Source: Thermodesulfobacteriota bacterium (GTDB lineage Bacteria; Desulfobacterota; Desulfobulbia; Desulfobulbales; SURF-16). Taken from it: a stretch of 13,385 bases of DNA. Both the position numbers and the translations under genes were made by a program. The stretch covers positions 1-13,385 of the forward strand of contig JBDLIE010000069.1 of assembly GCA_039715015.1 (NCBI GenBank), written 5' to 3'. Every line of letters starts with the position of its first letter. Positions within the stretch are counted from its first letter, which is position 1. Positions 8,304 to 13,385 of the stretch are shown in pieces. Below the pieces are notes generated by a model. That model did no database searches. It saw only the letters and a list, made by a program, of their open reading frames with translations, and was not told where the DNA came from.

Positions 8304-8314
8304 GCCAGAAAAGA

Positions 8315-8935
8315 TCACCAGCAACGCACGAGGCCGGTATCGACATGGACGAAGTTTGATTTTGCATAGTAGCCCACTCCTCCAGATTGCATGCCCCAGG
8401 CCACCTGTCTTAATGCGCTAAGGTCGCAGCCTGGAATGCGGAAGTCAATGGCCTTGCCGTCCATATGGAGGCTGTGTTTGGCAACGGCGCCGCTCTTTTT
8501 AGTAAGTGAGAGGTTGGTTGCGGGGGAGCGGTAACCGGAGATGATATGGACCTGTGAACCTGGTTTTATTTTATTGGTTATGGCATGCAGGAGGTTAAGC
8601 AGGTGGGGGTCGATGGCCTTGATTTGCCCGGTGCGAAAATCCCTTAAAATATAGTTTATCTCTTGCAGGGCCTCAGCTGTGTATTCGCCTCCAGTAAAGT
8701 ACTCAACAGACAGTTTTTCGCCGGTATGGGTGTTGAAGAGTGAGATATCCCTGCTGGGCAAGATTATCTGGCTGGCTCTGGCAACGAGGGGATGTTTAAA
8801 GAGGCTGGTGACGGTGGTAAAGGCGCCCAGTTTAAGGAATCGCCTCCGATCAACCTGGCGGCGCTCGGCTGTAGAGCGTGCTGTCTGCCGGCGCTTGCTG
8901 TGGCGGCGTTCGCCCTTTCTCCGATCAAAAAACAT
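8315..8935 (-). CDS. YcbK/DUF882 family (peptidase M15, MepK-like) Tat-exported peptidoglycan endopeptidase
   Basis: Twin-arginine DRRRFLK. Motifs NTHTGE, LRDFR, IDP.L, ISGYRSPATN, SLHMDGKAID and GGVGYY..SNFVHVDTG.VR.W. Start chosen at ATG 8935; ATGs further upstream are possible. Confidence 0.93.
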   Translation of the reverse strand: MFFDRRKGERRHSKRRQTARSTAERRQVDRRRFLKLGAFTTVTSLFKHPLVARASQIILPSRDISLFNTHTGEKLSVEYFTGGEYTAEALQEINYILRDFRTGQIKAIDPHLLNLLHAITNKIKPGSQVHIISGYRSPATNLSLTKKSGAVAKHSLHMDGKAIDFRIPGCDLSALRQVAWGMQSGGVGYYAKSNFVHVDTGLVRCW

Positions 8936-8977
8936 AACGTTTTCACCTTCTGACATTATTAGTTGCACAACTTATAA

Positions 8978-9005
8978 ATTATAAGGCGCAATTGCAGGAT
9001 GTCAA
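8978..9005 (-). promoter_or_regulatory. Consensus sigma70 promoter for the YcbK-family gene
   Basis: Minus strand reads TTGACA-16 nt-TATAAT, ending 42 nt upstream of ATG 8935. Confidence 0.8.
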
Positions 9006-9267
9006 TGGGGTAAATGCTCGTAAGGGGGGCGAAAACAGCCGGTGGGCGGCCGTGTAAACAAAAGAGCGCCTTGGGGCTCGAATTGATACACAGAAATAAA
9101 AAGGAGACAAGGCCGTTGGCGGCCTTTGATGGCGGGGTGAAAAAAGGTAAATAGATTTATTTTTTAAGCCCATATCATCTAGAATTTTTCATTTTTTCAC
9201 CGATATGGGAGGCTTTCTCGCAGGGGAAAGCTTTTCTTGGTTGGCAGTCGAGGAGTAATGAGAATAG

Positions 9268-9310
9268 AAAAGGGAGACAGACCAGGTTAAACCTGGTCTG
9301 TCTCCCTTTT
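9268..9310. terminator. Intrinsic, probably bidirectional terminator downstream of the PEP-CTERM gene
   Basis: AAAAGGGAGACAGACCAGGT-taa-ACCTGGTCTGTCTCCCTTTT: perfect 20-bp inverted repeat including A4/T4 ends, 30 nt past the stop at 9341. Confidence 0.85.
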
Positions 9311-9340
9311 ACTCGTCTGTCTGCTATGCGGAAAGAGGAG

Positions 9341-9880
9341 TTAGGCTTTCTTTTTGCGTCGTGCTGCCGTCAGTCCTGCTAAGCCAGCTCCCATGAGGAG
9401 CATGGTGGTTGGCTCGGGAACTTCGTTGCCGCCATCAAACTCTCCGATATGGCTTATCTTTTCAATATTCTCAATATCGGTGAAGCCCATCACCCCAAGA
9501 TCGATGACGGCCCAGTCTATACTGGCGAGGTTGTCGAATAGGAAGTGCGTGTTAGGATTTCCTGAATTGGTACCAGTCTTAATTAAGAAATATGAGGGTT
9601 GATCAAGCAGTGTATGGGCAAAAACGCCAGCCAGACCCTCAATACCGGTCCACCCCGCACCATCAGGAGTATCATACTTCGCGGTAAGTGTATAGCCGCC
9701 GCCAAGCACTGAATTCACCCAAGCCAACTCAGTAGCGTCGCCAGAATCAGCAAGGATAGTCTGGGCAAAAAGGTCATCAACATTTCCACCAACATCGGTA
9801 AGAGAGAGAGCTTGCGCCACGCCCGCCATCCCTATCAAAAGCGCTCCTGTTGCCAAGCCTGCCAAAATTTTCTTCTTCAT
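9341..9880 (-). CDS. PEP-CTERM sorting-domain surface protein (~179 aa)
   Basis: GGGAGG RBS 6 nt before ATG 9880. Signal peptide MKKKILAGLATGALLIGMAGVAQA. C-terminal VPEPTTMLLMGAGLAGLTAARRKKKA. Confidence 0.95.
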   Translation of the reverse strand: MKKKILAGLATGALLIGMAGVAQALSLTDVGGNVDDLFAQTILADSGDATELAWVNSVLGGGYTLTAKYDTPDGAGWTGIEGLAGVFAHTLLDQPSYFLIKTGTNSGNPNTHFLFDNLASIDWAVIDLGVMGFTDIENIEKISHIGEFDGGNEVPEPTTMLLMGAGLAGLTAARRKKKA

Positions 9881-10020
9881 TTTCATCCTCCCAGTTGTAG
9901 CTTGTTTCTCCGCCAACCCAGCAATCCATTGAGGGCAACCTCTTGATTTTGTGCCCCTACCTTTTCTGGAGTATGATAGCCGCCAGCCCATGCCGACGGC
10001 CATTTATCATCTTGGTTGAT

Positions 10021-10036
10021 TGCAAAAAACATTCCC
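10021..10036 (-). promoter_or_regulatory. Putative sigma54 (-24/-12) promoter of the PEP-CTERM gene
   Basis: Minus strand GGGAATGTTTTTTGCA is GG-N10-GC with TTGCA at -12. PEP-CTERM genes are known to often carry sigma54 promoters. Confidence 0.6.
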
Positions 10037-10294
10037 CGATGAGGGAGATTTAGAGGCGTGAGACAAAATTAAATAAATCCGGCTGGTTAATTTTTCCCAG
10101 CCCCGAAACCTCCGGGCCCGAGATTATGTAGAGTTACTCTTTTCCGGAAAAAAGGAATTTTATGGCCTGATTTGTGATCCTTTCAGCCCAGGAGTATGGG
10201 GAGAATTTTCCTTGGCGACAAGAGGCTCTGAAGGTTCACAGTGGCCAGTGGAGAAAAAAGGGGGGCATTTGTTTTTTGAGCCCATATCCATTTA

Positions 10295-10342
10295 TGCTTA
10301 TACATTTCTCATATAAAGAGTTGGATGTATTAGGTGCAAAAT
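10295..10342 (+). repeat. 48-bp direct repeat, copy 1
   Basis: TGCTTATACATTTCTCATATAAAGAGTTGGATGTATTAGGTGCAAAAT, identical to 13338-13385. Confidence 0.95.
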
Positions 10343-10435
10343 TCCCGGTGGGGGGCGGAAAGTTTTTTTACCTCCTCACCGTCTAGGTAAAATTTATACA
10401 ATTTCACCGCCGCTTTTTCTGGCGCTAAATGAACT

Positions 10436-11406
10436 TTAAGGCCTTACTTTACGTTTTGGCGAGAATTTCAGGATGCGGTTATTTCCGAAGTCAACGACAT
10501 ACACATTCCCTTCGCTATCCAGGGCCATATCCGTCGGCAATCTGGGCTGGCCCGCTCCGTCGCCTTCACTGCCGATAACGGCGAGAAGCTTGCCTTCTCG
10601 GGTGAATTTCTGGATGCGATGGTTATAAAAATCCGCCACAAAAATATGATGGTCCGGATCGACAGCCACCCCGGTTGCCGTTCTGAACCAGCCGGGGCGG
10701 CTGCCGGGAATGTTCATGGCAAAAAGACCGCCCCATTTCCTGATGAATGTTTCGTCCGCCCCGAAGAGCTGAATGCGGTCGTTATAGGCGTCCGCCACCA
10801 CCAGGCTGTTGTCCGGCAGCAGGGCGACATCGGTTGGATAATTAAAACGCCCCGCCCTGATCCCTTTTGCCCCGGTTTCGCCGTATTGCCTGATAAAGGA
10901 GCCGTTCTCCGTCAATACTTGAACCCGCTGATTATAAAAGTCAGCCACATAGAGCCGTCCTTTGCCATCCACCGCCACTCCGCCCGGGGCGTCGAACTGT
11001 GCCGGCCCGGAACCGGATGAGCCGATCAACTGCAAAGGCTTGCCGGCCAGAGAAAAAATCTGAATCCGGTCATTGAGATATTCGGCCACATAGAGCTTGC
11101 CGCCATGAACATCCATATGCATGGGGCGATCCAGCTCCCCAGGACCGCTTCCCTGGCTGCCGAACATGCGCAGAAACCTGCCTTGCAGGGTGAAAACCTG
11201 GATGCGGTTGTTGCCGGCGTCACTGACAAAAATTTCCCGGCCTGCTATGGCAATGCCGATGGGATTGTTGAACTGGCCGGCCGCAACACCGTTTTCTCCC
11301 CAGGCATAGGCAAAGTCATATGATGGTGTCCCGGCTTGGACAACGTGAGCACATGCGGACAAGGCTAAGAGGATGACCCAAATTACCGTTTTAATAATGC
11401 CACCAT
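10436..11406 (-). CDS. NHL-repeat (6-bladed beta-propeller) protein, probably exported; start uncertain
   Basis: Six repeats of type G.G.GQF..P.G.A.D..G..YVAD..N.RIQ.F. The first canonical in-frame start (TTG 11362) lies inside a signal-peptide-like stretch. The nearest ATG (11406) is out of frame. Confidence 0.85.
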
Positions 11407-11420
11407 GTATTGTTATTTTC

Positions 11421-12329
11421 TCAAAATTTCATTCGAAAACTTAAGGTGCCGATAAAATCATTTTCCAGGGCAGTGCCATTTAAGTCCTGAACAACCGGGA
11501 TCTGGATGGCAAATTCAGTAACGGTGCGTCTGGTCACATACTGGATACCGGGCGCCAGGTGCCAGGTGACACCACCTGAATTATCATCGTCAGTGCCGCT
11601 GCTTTTGTTTTTGTCCTGCCACATCAGGTTGCTTTCCAGGACGCCGTAAATAAATGCAGGCAGCCCGGAGGTGAGCTCACGGGGCCACAGCCGGTGCTGA
11701 TAAGACAGGTCAAGGCGGGCCGCATCTCCGAACTCAAAACTGTTTGCTTCGCTGTTTAAGGTATAGGAAATTGCAGCATCTACCTGCCGGGCCAGGGTTT
11801 GCCGGGTCAGCACCAGTCCCAATGAGTAGTCCCATGAACCTGAACCAAGCTGCAGGGGCTGAGGCAGTCTGCCTGCTGAATCTGTTTCGTCATCGTCGCC
11901 GGTCGGCATCTTGAGAGCAGCAAAGGGCGCCAGCCGCATGGTCTTTCCTGGCAAATCTTTTTTCCAGAAAGTATATCTGGCCATTGCCGTAAAATCGCCG
12001 AGGCCGCTGTCTTGGCGATGCAGTCTGCCGAAAGCGGTGTTTACTTCCATTTCCTTGTCCAGAACCGGCAGGATAGCAAACAGGGCCAGTTTTCCCGTAA
12101 CTCCATAGGCGGCGACAAGGGGAAGGGCCTGGATGGTCAGGTCCCGGTCCGCGCTGGATGGGTCATCCGTTGACCTGAGAATTTTTGCCTGGACGCGGAC
12201 AATTTTTTCATCCCTGGCCACCGGCAAAGCGGTGTTAAAGGTAATAGGAGCGGCAGCAGCCGTCTGGATGCCAATCAGAAAAACAGTGAAAAAGAGACAA
12301 CAATGATGGCTGAATTTTCGGTTCATCAT
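11421..12329 (-). CDS. Exported 'transporter' family protein, probable outer-membrane beta-barrel (Phenol_MetA_deg/SphA-like)
   Basis: Signal peptide ending AAAA. Motifs SGLGDF, LKMPTGD, LQLGSGSWD and LAPGIQY. Alternating beta strands and a terminal Phe (SFRMKF). ATGA overlap with the upstream gene. Confidence 0.75.
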   Translation of the reverse strand: MMNRKFSHHCCLFFTVFLIGIQTAAAAPITFNTALPVARDEKIVRVQAKILRSTDDPSSADRDLTIQALPLVAAYGVTGKLALFAILPVLDKEMEVNTAFGRLHRQDSGLGDFTAMARYTFWKKDLPGKTMRLAPFAALKMPTGDDDETDSAGRLPQPLQLGSGSWDYSLGLVLTRQTLARQVDAAISYTLNSEANSFEFGDAARLDLSYQHRLWPRELTSGLPAFIYGVLESNLMWQDKNKSSGTDDDNSGGVTWHLAPGIQYVTRRTVTEFAIQIPVVQDLNGTALENDFIGTLSFRMKF

Positions 12330-12835
12330 GGCGCCGCCTCCTCAATGACTTCAGGGGCGAAGGTCCACTCTTCTTTGCCTTGAGGCAAGAGCGGGCCGTT
12401 CAGCACAATAGATTTGCCGGACCCGGCCAGGGTGTTAAAGTGTGCTTTCAGGTCATTATTGTCTGTCTTGAGAGGCAGAGAAAAACCGGCAAAGCGCAGG
12501 ACAAAATTGCCGCCGGAGTCTCTGTCGATTGTGCCGGTGACTCTGATTTTTATATTACCTGCGGTGAAACCGGCATCCTTGACCGCCTTCGCCACCTCCT
12601 GGTAACGAATAGATGCATCTGGCCTGGCCGTTACTGTTGCGGTTCCCGTTTTCATGTCAACGGTCACCAAGGCCACCCCGTTGACTTTTTTGAGCCTCTT
12701 TTCAACCCCAAAGGCGCAGAAGGGGCAGGCCATTCCGTCCACTGCCACGCGCAGGGACGATACGCGGCCATGGGCAAGTCCTGCAAGGAGAATCACGAGT
12801 GCTGTCAGCGTGACGGCTAAAAGTTTTTTTTGCAT
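12326..12835 (-). CDS. Exported heavy-metal-associated (HMA; MerP/CopZ-like) domain protein with extra C-terminal domain
   Basis: AGGAGG RBS and ATG 12835. Signal peptide MQKKLLAVTLTALVILLAGLAHG. HMA motif VDGMACPFCAFGVEKRLKKVNGV...AVKDAGF, plus ~70 extra residues. Confidence 0.9.
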   Translation of the reverse strand: MQKKLLAVTLTALVILLAGLAHGRVSSLRVAVDGMACPFCAFGVEKRLKKVNGVALVTVDMKTGTATVTARPDASIRYQEVAKAVKDAGFTAGNIKIRVTGTIDRDSGGNFVLRFAGFSLPLKTDNNDLKAHFNTLAGSGKSIVLNGPLLPQGKEEWTFAPEVIEEAAP

Positions 12836-13337
12836 GGCCAGCCTCCTGTTTCCTGCTGATTGGATAGAGTGATGGCGGGTCGGGGAGCACAGCACAGTCT
12901 GTGCAGCAAATTTTCGTTATTATTTAGAAAAGGGAAGCGGTTTATTCTTTGCCCCGTGTCCATCTAGAGCTTTTTGTTTTCCCGACGCTGAGGGAGGCTT
13001 TGTCGCAGTGGGCACCTTCTTTTGGTTGGCATTCAAGGAGTATGGCCAGCACTCTGTTGGCGGTCCGAGAGGGGCCGGCGTCTTCCAGTCTTGCCAACAG
13101 GCCGGACATTAATTCGGGCAATCCGCAGCGGCGTGTTGCTCTATGTCCTGAAATGAATGGTAAGGCATTATCCAGAATACAGGAAAAAATAGAAATGGCA
13201 CAAGCAGTCAATGCACCAGACAGTTTAAGGGGCAGGATGAAAAAAAGTGAACAGATTTATTTTCTCCCCCCTTTTTCCCCAAGGCGTACGCCGCCATCCT
13301 GTTTACCGTAATTGTTTTTTGCCTGCGGAACATTTTG

Positions 13338-13385
13338 TGCTTATACATTTCTCATATAAAGAGTTGGATGTATTAGGTGCAAAAT
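13338..13385 (+). repeat. 48-bp direct repeat, copy 2 (reaches the window end and may be longer)
   Basis: Identical to 10295-10342. Confidence 0.95.

Noticed and set aside
8126..8421. Short ORFs within the 8094-8303 element
   Set aside because: No transposase motifs; incidental frames across the MITE-like element and the ycbK 3' end.
9881..10003. N-terminal extension of ORF 9341..10003
   Set aside because: The RBS and signal peptide point to ATG 9880; the extension is the structured leader.
12326..12835. Calling the HMA gene merP and the cluster a mer operon
   Set aside because: No merR/T/A in the window, and the protein has an extra domain; metal specificity cannot be read from CxxC alone.
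12942..13311. ORFs 12942..13211 (-) and 12949..13311 (+), including a possible regulator for the metal operon
   Set aside because: No HTH or other motif, TTG starts without a clear RBS, and they overlap each other; could be a gene remnant but unsupported.
10295..13385. 48-bp repeats as a CRISPR array
   Set aside because: Only two copies, 3 kb apart, with no spacers and no cas genes.

Overview
Gene-dense bacterial window; the style suggests Desulfobacterota/deltaproteobacteria, which is an inference only. Most genes are on the minus strand. Left block (-): an ABC importer (ATPase, permease, NMT1/THI5-type lipoprotein), a CapA/PGA_cap metallophosphoesterase, a CPA2-type cation:proton antiporter and a CBS-pair protein. 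Centre: a decayed IS110-family transposase 5' fragment with its upstream non-coding end, a YcbB/LdtD-type L,D-transpeptidase (+) and a convergent YcbK/DUF882 peptidase (-), with a ~210-bp MITE-like element between them. Right: a PEP-CTERM protein with a sigma54-like promoter, structured leader and 20-bp terminator. This is followed by a three-gene exported metal-handling-like module (HMA protein, outer-membrane barrel-like protein, NHL propeller) bracketed by a perfect 48-bp direct repeat, whose second copy runs into the window end. All calls come from reading the sequence by eye; no searches were run.
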